A DNA stretch of 64,000 bases, from assembly GCA_002633005.1 (NCBI GenBank), contig NMRA01000619.1:21528-85527 (forward strand), given 5' to 3'. The translations under genes and the position numbers were made by a program. Within the stretch, counting starts at the first letter, position 1, and the number at the start of each line of letters is the position of its first letter. This document shows positions 24,166 to 36,644 of the stretch, one piece after another. Below the pieces are notes generated by a model. That model searched no databases. It was not told the origin of the DNA and saw only the letters and a program-made list of their open reading frames with translations. Source of the DNA: Phoronis australis. Lineage: Eukaryota > Animalia > Phoronida.

Positions 24166-27100
24166 CTGCAAAAATGTAACCGTGGCTCAGAAATTTAAAT
24201 TTCCAAGAGCAAATGGTGGAATTGACCACCCACACTAGGTGATTACTCATTAAACTCATAGCACTGGCGATGCAGGCTTCTGGACAAAAGGAAGACTTGG
24301 AGAACACGAAACGACATTACACACTTAGATTGAACTCCGTCTTCATAACATTCCTCCTCACCTTGAGCAATAAGTGAATTCAATTCCTTATTCTAACATT
24401 TTTAATCAGAAATGTAGAACTCAACTCCACTCCATTGGAAACAATTTTGATAAGTGGTAGATTATATTCAACTGCGAGTTGGAATTTGGATACCTTGTAT
24501 TTCCAAAGGCGCCCACAGGAGCTCTTTGGGAAATGTTAATTTTTCCTGAAAGGATTTTAAGTTCGAAGAAGCCTCCAGGGAGCTCTTTCAGAAAGGAGAT
24601 GTGTAGGGATTTTTTGTAAACTTTGTTGTCATCTATGGCACCCTATTAGTCATGGACTTAAAATACCAAACACTGATTTACATATTAGCTGTTTAGCTTC
24701 TAAAAGGGGAGTTAGGTAATGCTTTCATTGAAAATAGCAAATTGTTTCGAGTTGACAATTAAAAGTGTAGTCTACTAAAGATTGAAAAGTACCCCATGTG
24801 AGGGCATGCAAAATGATCACTAAAGCACCCTCATGAGAACTTTTCCGAAACTTGTTTCCGAAAGAGCTCCCATCTATGGTGGCTCTTTCTTTGTGGGTGC
24901 TTTTTCAGAAACCTCTGGAGTTACAGATAATGGAACTGCTGTGTATTATGAATCACTGCAGTGGCCAATACCTGTACTCAAACTTAGTAATCATACGGCA
25001 AAAGTAAAGGGTGTCCAAAATGTGCTTACACTTGAAATGACAATATGTCACTGTGCAGCTTATTGACTCAGGAACAAGATTGGTGGTTCAATTCAAAGAG
25101 TTAATCAAAAAAATAATTAAACCTTTAAAACAAAATAAATACTGTCTGTTTATTAACTTAGGAAGACCAGTTGTCTGTGCACTTCCTTGATATTTTTAAG
25201 TTTTAAGAGCATTATGCAATAAATTTTCATTCTACTATGTTACTCGTGTTTATTTACCATTCCGAGGGCTTAACCACAAAGGACCGGTTGTTGAGTATGA
25301 TCTACGGGAACTGAATTTGAACTCCTGGGATTGTGCTGAAGTGTGAGTGAATATTTAGGGCACTGAGTACAAATTTTCTACATTCATCAGTAACAAAAAT
25401 ATTAAAAGTCAATTAGAAAATGACAGGAAACTTAAATGCAGAGTAAGAGAAGATACCAAGAAACAAACTTTAAATATCACTTTCTGATCAGATGCCGATT
25501 TGCATTTTTCCATGAATAAACATGAAGCCAACCTGGGTGTATTAAACTTCCATTTAGGCAGAATGGTTGTACATGATAAGTGTGGTGTTACAAAGAGTTA
25601 CTTCAACAACAGCAGAATACAACCACGCAAACATTTATAGCTCAGTTTCAGCTAGTACAACAGCTATACAATAACGCACTTAAGCAGCAAGACAAAGTGT
25701 TGACAGAACATGGACTGAGACTACTTCATCATGCGATGCCACAGAACATTAGATGGCATAATGCATTATGTTGTCATAATGTCATAAGTAAGAAAAGGAA
25801 ATTCAGAAATGCATTCTTTATGCCCCTTGACCACTGAATCAGTTGCAAAATAATGATGTATTTGAGGAGTGTATAATGGGTAGAAATAACTGATTCAGAA
25901 TTGCTGGGGCAACCAAAAATTATCAGAAAGACAGTTGTTGACACCATTCAATGACAGAACAACTGGAGTGTTTCCGTGACAACAAAGAAGCAACAGCAGC
26001 AATTGAATTACCATGACAACAATGGTAACACCAGCTTGATCTCAACACAGTCCAACAACATGGTGATATGACAAGAGTGTTTCCATGACAACAAAAATGT
26101 TGACAGCAAAAATGCATGACCATGAGGCCAGTACAATGGCACCAAGGCAGGATCAGGCTCAAGATCATAAGGTTAGCTGTTATTGTGAAATGTAACATGC
26201 GTGTTATGGCTAAGAGCAATGTGTTAGTAATGATGCAGCATTTCATTAAGTATCACGGTATGGGTGAAAAAGGGCAGGTTGAAGTATCGTCCAACTTTTC
26301 AAACCTGAATACCATCAAGTCCAGACTGATATCTGAAGGTATTTAATTCAACTGAACACATTAATTTAGAAAATAAATTTCATAATGAGAAAAATAGACG
26401 AGCACTGGAAATTTGCGGAAGAATTTGGTAAGTATATCTCGTGCGTCTCCCCAAGGCAAAAGGAAAGTTACATTTTGCAAAACACATCACTCGTACTTTG
26501 GGAGAATTAATCTGCAAAAGGTGTTAGAAAAAATCTTGTGAGTGTGTGACAGAGAAATACACCTGCAAATAGTATCTAAGAGAGTAAACATTGTTTTGTA
26601 AACTCAGATCAACATGCAAGTATGCCTTACTGGTCTAATAATTTTCCTGTAATGCTGCTAATTCTAGAAAAGCTATGATCCAAGTCACAAAGTCTACACT
26701 TTTTTGTTTGCAACTTGGTTCTCTGGTCAAAACAAAATCGGCATTGCAAAGCAGCTCAAGTGATTCTAACTTGGAGATGTTTCACATAAAGCCTTACATT
26801 GTCAGCCATAGATACAAATACTTACGATGGAAACGTTCAACAGGTTAGAGATTTGTTTCGTCTGCGAACCGGACCACTGATGACAGTGAAAAAGATGACT
26901 TACAATTATATGGAGCTCATACTTATTAAACGAAGCTCATGAAACCAAATGGAATTAAGAGATGGGGTTTTGGATCCATTCAATGAGCACCATCAAAATG
27001 AAAGTTTCTGAGCATGAGAAAGTTGTTCAGCAACCATTTCAATTAGAAATACAGTCAACACTATTTCTGTTCCACTAATGTTTTAAAGCTTCTATGCACC

Positions 27101-27308
27101 TGCCCTGAGCCAAGAAATACTTCAAGTATGAAGTTTCTACATAATGTGGGGGTGCAGTGAAATATATTACGACAATGTTCAACAAAAGTAAAAAGAAAAC
27201 TAACCACACAGCTTACAATGTTCAGAGATCATCAATTTTAAGCATTTTAACAATGCAGTGAACTTTTCAAAGATGGCACTGCATGGAGTTTTCATTTACA
27301 TAACTAGA

Positions 27309-30020
27309 ACAAGAGCAACGCGGAGCACTTCGATGTCCCTACGACTGCACCGCAAATGGTGGGATCATAAGAAAGGCGATTTGATGGCACCGAATACGTC
27401 GCCATCCGAAATTGGAAAGGTGTCACTATCTCTCTAAAACAAAACTGCCAAATTTCACGAAAATCCACTAAGGAACTCTTAAAGATAAGACAAACGTCAA
27501 TTAAAAATTGCCACTATGGGACAGAGCGGTAGTCAGAGCCGTCCAAAAAGTCGAGGGCAGTTGTCACATACCTACATAAGTTCCCAAAGTTCACAATAAT
27601 ACACAAGAGCAACGCAGAGCATTGAAATGCACCCACGAATGCACCGCTAACGGTGTGCTTCTAGGGATATTTATTTGGAACATGAAAATGGCAACTAGAT
27701 AGTGCAAAATATGTCGAATCCATCCGAAAAGTTGTATGTGTCATCAAACCTATTTACCAAATTTCATAAAAATTTTCTGAGAAAACAAAGGAAAACGAAC
27801 AAATGAAATTGCCACTAAGAGTCTATAACCGCAAAAAACATAACTGCCACTAAGAGGCGCCAAAGTAAAATAAATAAAAGTCATCAGAAAATCATCGTCA
27901 GACTTCCTCTTCACATTAAGAACATACATGCCAATTTCCACAATCATCCTTAAAGTGGATTTGTTGACAGAGGGGCAGACACCAAATAACAAGACTCGAA
28001 AATAGTAAACAAGGGCAATGTGGAGCGTTGAAATGCGTCCAGGAATACATCGCAAATGGTGAGCTTTTAAGGTTGCTCATTTGTATCATAAAAATGGCCA
28101 CTAGATGGAGAAAAAACAAAGCTAAACCTAAAAACAAAAATTACCACTAGAGGGCACACTGGTAGTCAGTTCTGACCAAAAGTTGTGGTCATTCGTTGTC
28201 AACATCATATCAATACACTTGTTAAATTTAGTACAGATCCTGAAAACAGTTCAGGAGATACAGCCATGGGCGCAAAAAAAAACAAATCTGCCAATAGGAG
28301 GCGCCACAGTAGTTGAAGTAGTCAGAAAATCATTGTCGGCTGTCCTCTTCGTAGTAACACCATACATCCAATCTTCACAATCATCCTTAAAGCGGTTTGT
28401 TGATAGAGGGGTAGACGCCAACAAACAGACTCGAAAATACTAAAAATGGCCACTAGATGGCGCAAAATACATTGAATCCACTCGAGGATAGCGTCACCTC
28501 ATAAATAGACGCCTATGTGCCAAATTTCATGAAAATCGGTTGAAAATCTTTGAAGATACAGAGGCAAACGTAAAAAAACTAAAATTGCAACTAGGGGGCA
28601 CAGCGGTATTCGAGTCCGTCCGAAACTCGTCGCCTCCTGTCGTCAACGCCATAGGAACACACCTGCGAAAGTTTAATAAGATCCTGCAAGAGGTTTAGGA
28701 GATACAGCCGCGGACGCCCAGACAGAGATGACAGCAATATGCGACCACATATAAATGTGGGCGCCTAAAAATCACCAAAAGGGGATCCCATTCAAAAATC
28801 ACTGTCAGCCATGGTCTTCTCATCAGAATCAAAACTAAGTTTACAAATGATCCTTTAAGCAATTTGGCAAATAGAGAGGCAGATAGCAAAAAATGGACAT
28901 GAAATAATAAAAATGGCCAATAGATATTACAGAATATGTCAAGTCCATCCGAAAATGAAAAGACTTGCTTTCTCCTTAATAAAACACTGGTAAATTTCAC
29001 GAAAATCCATCTATGAATTCCAAAGGTACAGAAGCACACGTTCAAAACTAAAATTGCCTCTCAAGTGCACAGCTGTCGTCAGATTGGTCAGAAACTCGTC
29101 ATCATTCATTGCCAAAGAAACACACACATGCCATATTTTATAAAGACCCTCCCAAGAGATAAGGAGATACAGCCATTGACAAAAGAACAAAATTGCCACT
29201 TAAGAGAATGCCAGAGCGGTAGAACCCATCCGAAAATCAACCTCAGCCGTTGTCTTCTCATCAACTTTCATGATTTTTTTGATTGGTTTGGCAAATCAAA
29301 TGGCGGACGGCAAAAAACACTCAAAAATTTTTAACTGACCACCAGGTAGCGCAGACATCAAAACTGTCCAGAAAACGTGAAGTCATCGTTTTCTCTTTAA
29401 TAGAAACCTATTTGCCAAATTTTATAAAAATCAAGGAATTCCAAAGACACAGAGGCAAACGTAAAGGAAATAACATTGCCACTAAGGGGCACATCAGTAG
29501 TTGGACTGGTCTGAAACCAGTTGTCATACATTGGCAGCTCCATAAAAACATATCTGCTAAATTTCTCGAAAATCCTACAAAGGGTATGGGAGATGCACCT
29601 GCAGACACACAAAAACAAAAATCGCCACTAGGGGGATCAATGTAGTCCAACCTGTCCAAAAAATCAACGTCACTCACGGTCTACTCATCAGAAAAAGATA
29701 CCCCAATTTTCACAGTGATCCTTCATCAGTTTGGCAGATAGAGATGCAGATGCAAAAAAACGGAGTAAAAATTTCAAAAATGCTCAATAGGTGGCACAAA
29801 ATAGGTCAAATACATCTGAAAATTGAAAGATATTGTTGTCTCCCTAATAGAAACCTATTTGCCAAATTTCATGGAAATACATTAAGGAACAACAAGAAAC
29901 TATGAACATACAGACTGAAATAAATAAATGCAATGTTTAAGAGGTACAGACACCCAGACAGAGACAATGGCAATATGCAACCACATAATTATGAATAATT
30001 TATGTGGGTGCATAAAAATC
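27309..30020 (+). mobile_element. Cluster of nested Helentron/HINE-like elements with ~150-bp CTCF-motif-like monomers
   Basis: Three ACAAG(A/G)GCAA starts (27309, 27603, 28008) and two hairpin ends CCACAT...ATGTGGG..C.TAAAAAT (~28771, ~30020). Confidence 0.7.
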
Positions 30021-30604
30021 CTTCACGATCCTTGAAATGTCATCATACACAATCAAACAGGTGCCTTGTACATTGGAGGTGCTCAACGTCAGTAGTCTAG
30101 TTTCTATGCAGGGACCTAAAGGCCATGATTTTACACGACAGGTTCTGAAGAGAATTAGATATCATGGGGGCTAGCATGCAGATAATAAGACTTACATCAC
30201 TGACAGTCTGAAAGAAACGCTAGATATTATTACAAAACATCTGTTGAGTTAACTGATAAAATGTTCAGCATTAACTCGGCCATAAAATTTAGAAAGTTAT
30301 CATAAAACATCTATTAATTGATTGATAAAATGTTCAACTTTAACTCCGACATAAAATTTAGAAAAAACTTAACCGAATATGTCATAAAAGATAAAATCTT
30401 TTTGTCTTAATTTTGAGGATTAGCCAAATCAACCTGAACAAACACTTGAATTTTGATTAAACTACTAGGCAATACAGAAGGTTACAGCTTTCATGGGATG
30501 AACTGGAACTGCAGCTATATTGCTACACGACAAAGGACAACAGAGTGCAGTCTGAAAATGCATGAATCTTCAACCAACAAAGCCTCTAGAAACTAAATCA
30601 ATTA

Positions 30605-32339
30605 ACAAGAGCAATGCAGAGTATGAAATGCGCTAACGAATGCACCGCAAACGGTATGCTTCTAGAGTTGTTTATTTGTATCAAAAAAATTACCACTAGA
30701 TGGTGCAAAACGTCCAATCCATAAGCAAATGGAACATGCCATCACTTCTTCAATAGAAAGCTATTTACTAAATTTCATTAAAACAAAGAACTTCAGAGGA
30801 ACAAAAGAAAACAGAAAAAATGAAACTGACACCAAGGAGCACAGCATCTACCTGAAAGTCGTCATCTATTGTTAGCTTCTTATAAATACATTTATTCAAT
30901 TTAATGAAGATTCGGCAGTAAGTTTAGGAGATACAGCTATGGGCGCAAAACAAAACCACCACTAGGAGGCACCACAGTAGTCGATGCCGACATCCTCAAC
31001 TGTCCTCTTCACACTGAGAACATATACACCAATTTTCAAAATCATCCATAAAATGGTTTAGTTGATATACGGATATATCCCAAAAAAGACTCGAAAACAG
31101 TAAAAATGGCCATTAGGTGGCACAAAATACCTCGGATCCATTTGAAAAAGGTAGGATAGCGTCACTTCTCCAATAGATGCCTATATTCCAAATTTTATGA
31201 AACTCTGTTGAGGACCTTTGAATATGCAGAGATAAACGTACAAACTAAAATTGCCACTAGGGGGCACGCTGGTGAAAAAATCTTTGCGAAAGTCATTGTC
31301 ATCGTCTGTTGTCAACTTCATATAAATGCAATTGCTAAATGTAGTAAAGATCCTGCTAACGGTTTAGCAGATACAGCCATGGGTGCAAAAAACAAAAAAG
31401 CCACTAGGAGGCGCCACAGTAGTAGAAGGCAATGGAAAATCATCGTCAGACATCCTCTTCATAGTAAGAACATGCTAATTTTCACAATCATCCTTAGAGC
31501 AGTTTGGTTGATAGAGGGTAGACGCCAAAAAGCAGACTCGAAAACAGTAAAAAAGGCCACTAGGTGGTGCAAAATACCTTGAATCCATCCGAAAACAGGA
31601 GGACAGCGTCATCTCACTAATAGACGCCCATATCCCAAAATTTTATGACAATGTGTTGAGGACCTTTGAAGATAAAGAGATTAATGTAAAAAACTAAAAT
31701 TGCCACTAGGGGGCACACCAGTAGTCCCATCCCTGGGAAAGTCGTCGTCGTCTGTTGTCAACATCATATAAAAACACATGCTAAATTTAATAAGGATCCT
31801 GCAAACGGTTTAGGAGATACAACCATGGGCGCAAAAAAAAAAACTGCCACTAGGAGGCGCCACAGTAGTCAAAATCGTTGAAAAATCATCGTCAGCCATA
31901 CTTTTTATAGTAGGAACATACATGCCAATTTTCACAATCACCCTTAGAGTGGTTTGGTTGATAGAGGTGTGGACGTCAAAAAACAGACTAAAAACAGTAA
32001 AAATGGCCACTAGATGGCGCAAACTACGTCAGATCCATCCGAAAACAAGACAGTGTCATCTCACTAATAGATGACTATATTCTAAACTTTGTGAAAATAC
32101 ATTGAGGACCTCCAAAGATACAGGAGGTGAGCGTAAAAAACTAAAATCGCCAATAGGGGGCACACCCGTAGTCGGAAAGGTCTGAAATTTGTCGCCCTTT
32201 GTCCAGCTTGATAGGAACACATCTGCCAAATCTCATCAAGATCCTGTGAGGGGTTTAGGAGATACAGCTGCGGACGCCGGACACCCAGTCAGAGATGATG
32301 GCAATATGACCACATATAAATATGTGGGCACATAAAAAA
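30605..32339 (+). mobile_element. Helentron/HINE-like element with internal ~447-bp trimeric higher-order repeat
   Basis: Starts ACAAGAGCAATGCAGAG, ends with hairpin CCACATATAAATATGTGG-GCACATAAAAA, inserted in A-rich context; internal monomers of 142-160 bp. Confidence 0.75.
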
Positions 32340-32620
32340 CAATTGTTTTTTGATTACGAAAATGTAACCAAGCAAGAAGACACAGTTTGGAAGTATATCA
32401 CATTTTCATTTGGACAGCACTTCATTTTTTTCATTCACAACTGCTTACAGCATTAGGCATAATAGTCACTTACAGATGTACCGCAGAGTGATAACCAGTT
32501 TGATGCCCCTTATTCAATGGAGGAAACTGGTTCTCGAAATATGTGATTCCTGTAAGGGACTATTACGTAGTCTTGAAGTACAATATGTTATGAGTTCAGA
32601 ACCACTGTACTGATTATTAC

Positions 32621-32744
32621 CTGGAGTACGTGCTGACTGAGTCTTATTGAGCACATCTTCAGAGTAGATTGTCTTAAGGACATTAGGGGCAGCACAGCTC
32701 ACATCTTGCCACATCTTGAGAAGAAAAACCTTGTCCTTTCCTTC
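32621..32744 (-). CDS. TMC exon (EGKDKVFLL...)
   Basis: Acceptor ttctctttag, donor GTAATA; EGKDK.FL motif typical of the TMC5/6-type C-terminus; 124 nt, phase 0 to 1. Confidence 0.88.
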
Positions 32745-33080
32745 CTAAAGAGAATAAAGAAGCCCCACTTACATCTTACTAAACATTCATAGCACATTTT
32801 GTCCTTTCCTTCCTACAGAGAACATAATGTAGCCTCATTTAAATCTCACTAAACATTTCATAGCACACTTTGTCTTTTCCTTCCTACAGAGAACATAAAG
32901 TAGCCTCATTTAAATCTCACTAAACATTTCATAGCACACTGTCTTTTCCTTCCTACAGAGAGAATAAAGTAGCCTCAATTAGATCTCACTAAACATTCCT
33001 ATCACACCAAGTCCTATCCTTCTTGGAGAAAGAATGCAGAAACTTAAAATAAATCTCACAAAAATCCATAGCACAACTAA
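32731..33080. repeat. ~70-bp tandem repeat x5 containing the TMC 3' splice site
   Basis: Unit TTGTC(C/T)TTTCCTTCCTA(A/C)AGAGAA...TAAACATTTCATAGCACA. Confidence 0.85.
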
Positions 33081-33881
33081 ACCTGCTGGCAAGCTACCTG
33101 TGTACGACTTAACGTCAAAACAGGAATCGATATACAAAATAAGCAAAACATGCAGGAACACGAAGTAAAATTTGCTCATAAATGCTGTTTGTTGGTAATA
33201 AATTGCTCAAATTTCAATGAAGATGAACAGTTCAGGTAATTCATTTTCAATGGCAGATAAAATTTAAGCACCAGAAAAGGGAATATTTATTGCTGGTAAC
33301 CAAGTTAATTTACTCATAGAAGAGTGTATTTACATAGCTTTGTAGCAAGGGTAAACATAACCAATCCAGAAGATGTAGCATGATGGTACTTGCTCTACAG
33401 CCAAAGTTTGTGGAGACAGTCTCACCAAAACCTATTGTTCTACTTCGAGGGTCAATTTGACCAGACAAAAAGACGAAGTGCTCAGTGGATGTTAACCTGC
33501 CAATACCTTAGCTACGAATCAAATTGAATAATTATAAAATTACATTTGACTTTGCATAAAATCATAGTTAATATCCAAAAATTTACTAACAGTTAACAAC
33601 CATGGAATCACAATAAAATTCATTGCATTTTAAGTTCATATGGAATTTCATTTGAATTTCTTAAAACCTAGACTATGTTAAAAATGATGTACAGAATCAC
33701 AGATTAATGGTCCATGAAGTGCCATCATATTTTTAGGAGTTAATTTGCTTCCCTAATTACACACGATGGCAGAGTGGAAGATCACTGGGTGCATAAATCC
33801 AGGCCACTGAGTGCTTCAATGGGATGATTCACTAAAACTAACTTGATTTATTCAAGTTGCACGTTCATCTTGATTTACTTA

Positions 33882-34378
33882 CAGGGCTTGGAATGACCAA
33901 TGACAAAAAACGCGGAAACTTTTACGGCCCAAATCATGCCCGATAACCAGCCTTTGAAATGGTCAATGTGAACCTTTCCGCGACAAAAATCGGGAGGACT
34001 AAAAAAAAAAACGTTACCACCATCAGTAGCATGCGTCTGCGTCCTTTTCGCTCGCCCGTCGACTCCCAACCCACACAAATTTGGCTGCAGAGCGGTAGTA
34101 TTTGCCGCCGCGCTTAACAATAACACGAGCCGCCATTGAAAATCACACCACGCTTTACCCAGATGCCCCGGCAATGTTGACAATTTACGTTCCTCCGAAA
34201 CATAAAGACTTCCGCTTTCCGAGGTGAACGTCGTCTGCAACGCCGCGGTAAGAAAGGAATTTGCCAAGGAAATTTCATATCAAATCCGATTTTTTTACGC
34301 GGAAATATTATAAAAAAAGCGGAAAGCACATTTCAAAAAAGCGGAAATCCGCGTTTCCGCGGAAAATTCCAAGCCCTG
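33882..34378. mobile_element. hAT-like MITE with 6-bp TSD
   Basis: TIR CAGGGCTTGGAAT / ATTCCAAGCCCTG; TACTTA on both sides (33876-33881, 34379-34384); subterminal GCGGAAA repeats. Confidence 0.8.
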
Positions 34379-34653
34379 TACTTAGCACTGTGTGAGACTC
34401 GAGTAACAACTTACATAATAACAGTCATAATTAACACTCATGACATATTTAACAGATTCCATAGAACCAGTAACACAACAACAGCAAGCTCCAAAAGTTA
34501 GTCTTAAAAATTCTTCAGAGCGCTATGGCCTTATCTATCTATGTATTAGAATTGGCTGAAATAGTAACATAAAGCAATAATGTTTACAGGTTGAGAACAT
34601 GCAAAATAATGATACATAAACCAAACATAGCTAAGATATTAAAGTCATCATAC

Positions 34654-34732
34654 CATTTGTATTTGATGTTTCAGGAGTTGAACCATTTTATTCCGTCCGC
34701 TGCACAGGATTCTCATGTAGAACAACACAACA
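34654..34732 (-). CDS. TMC exon (VVLFYMRILCSGRNKMVQLLKHQIQM)
   Basis: Acceptor tatttcag, donor GTATGA; 79 nt, phase 2 to 0, bridges the neighbouring exons. Confidence 0.88.
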
Positions 34733-35343
34733 CTGAAATAAAGTTCAAACATTGATTATACTCGTTCAATTTCTACAAGATACCTATTAACCAAAATTCA
34801 TGCTAATGTCAATTTTAAATAACAGAGTCCATAATTATCTGGAACAAGAATTAGGAATCAATGTGTTAGTTGATATCACTCAATTTTTTGATACCAAACA
34901 CACATCCATCTTCTAGATTCGAAAATAATTATTGAAACAAAAATTGTTATTAAAAGAATGTGCAGGAAAATGTGGAATAGTTCAACAAGTTAAGTTGTCA
35001 TTACTTGTACATTCACACTGAGCCTATGTACAGTTGTACATCAACTTGATGCAAGTTTGGAGTCATCCAGTCATCCTAGTAGCAGAGAAACTTATGAGTA
35101 ATTTGAATAATTAATGTTATTTTGCGCAACTTAGTAAGCTCAAAATTAAAATCAGCTAGTGTACCAGAACAATGTGCAGGAAGTTATTTGAAATGACATC
35201 AAAATGTATGTAATGACTACTAAAAGCAGTTACAGGTAATACAACAGATTCAGTGACTTATTTTAAAGAGAATGAAATTAATTTCAAAACTTATTGATGA
35301 TATATTTTGCTTTAAAAATTTTTATTACATATAACAATATTAA

Positions 35344-35612
35344 ATACAATAAACTGGTATTACAATTTGGGGTAAAAAACTAAAATAATGTCAGAAGTTA
35401 GTGAAAGAAAACAACATCACATTTTGGAAGTACAAAAACAAAAATAATGAGGTTGGTGAAAAAAAAACAAATAGAGAATCATAACACAGGAAGACCAGTA
35501 AGGCAACAATGAAGCCTACAGAGATTATGTCGATGATAGTGGTCAACCACACCACTTCCCTAATCTCCTGTACTGCCCTTGAAACAATGGAGCAGACCGT
35601 GCTCTCATTACA
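35344..35612 (-). pseudogene. Tandem partial duplicate of TMC exon 35812-35982 plus downstream intron
   Basis: NESTVCSIVSRAVQEIREVVWLTTIIDIISVGFIVALLVFLC versus NESTAYSIVLNEIQKWRGMKEVVWLTTIIDIVSSVGFIVALLVFL; donor GT changed to TT. Confidence 0.85.
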
Positions 35613-35616
35613 GAAT

Positions 35617-35617
35617 A

Positions 35618-35671
<54 letters not shown>
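35617..35671. repeat. (AAT)n microsatellite
   Basis: About 18 AAT units at the duplication junction. Confidence 0.95.
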
Positions 35672-35673
<2 letters not shown>

Positions 35674-35811
35674 AAGAAACTGGAATTACAATTTAGGGGT
35701 ACAAAAACTAAAATAATGAGGTTAGTGAAAGAAAACAATTATATCTCATTTTGGAAGTACTAAAACCAAAATAATGGGGTTGGTGAAAGAGAACAATATA
35801 GAGTATCATAC

Positions 35812-35982
35812 CACAAGAAGACCAGTAAGGCGACAATGAAGCCTACAGAAGAGACTATATCGATGATCGTGGTCAACCACACCACTTCCTTCATCCCCCT
35901 CCATTTCTGTATTTCGTTTAGAACAATGGAGTAGGCCGTGCTTTCATTACGGAATGGGCCGCACGCCTTGGACGGTGGTATG
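35812..35982 (-). CDS. TMC exon (IPPSKACGPFR...last TM helix)
   Basis: Acceptor tttcttcag, donor GTATGA; conserved PS..CGPFR motif; 171 nt, phase 2 to 2. Confidence 0.93.
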
Positions 35983-36644
35983 CTGAAGAAAAATGGAGTT
36001 GATATTGAAAAGATTGCATAATCTTTTCTAATGTCTATCTTCAGCTCCTTACTAGCTACAACAATCAGTGAACAAACACGTAACAATAATTCAACTGAAA
36101 CTTGTAAAATAGGCATGAAAGTGAGTCCATGGCAACATCTCAAAATTTCAGCAACAACCCTCTAAATCCTACCTCCAGACCAGCACACAACAAACCCATG
36201 ATTCAAATCCCCAGACCCACATACATTCACTCCAGACATGCACAAAAATGTTCCATAATTGGTAATCAAATCAAAGACCCAGGGAACAAATTTCAGTCAG
36301 AGCGAGCAAAAATCAACTGCAGGGACTGGAGTTTGTTCACTATGTATGGAGTGTATGCACAAGTGTGGAGTTAAAGGCGAAGGCAACCTTTTTCCATGTC
36401 ATTTTGAGCTAAAATAAGGTTGGTTGGCTATCCTAGACATATTTTCCACTTAATTACAGCTTTTCGTAATTTTGTTAATTACTCGTCCGCTACTCCGGAA
36501 GTGACGTTTTAGGAGGCAAGCATTTCGCGCCAATTTATTTTCATATAGTCTGACTGTGAGAGCTGCCGAGTCAGTCATTGTTCTACCTCGGTTGTGTTAA
36601 GTTCCGTCGTCGTTTGCTTTAAATTCATTTACTAGTCAGTCAAC

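Noticed and set aside
25580-26346. Q-rich and Cys-rich ORFs as extra TMC exons or genes
   Set aside because: Degenerate CAACAA/CCATGACAAC low-complexity sequence with no convincing splice sites or family motifs.
26878-26895. CTGATGACAGTGAAA as a hammerhead
   Set aside because: No room for stem II and no stem III or cleavage triplet.
35391-35738. Poly-tyrosine membrane protein ORF
   Set aside because: It is an (AAT)n microsatellite read into the duplicated TMC exon; there is no valid ATG or donor.
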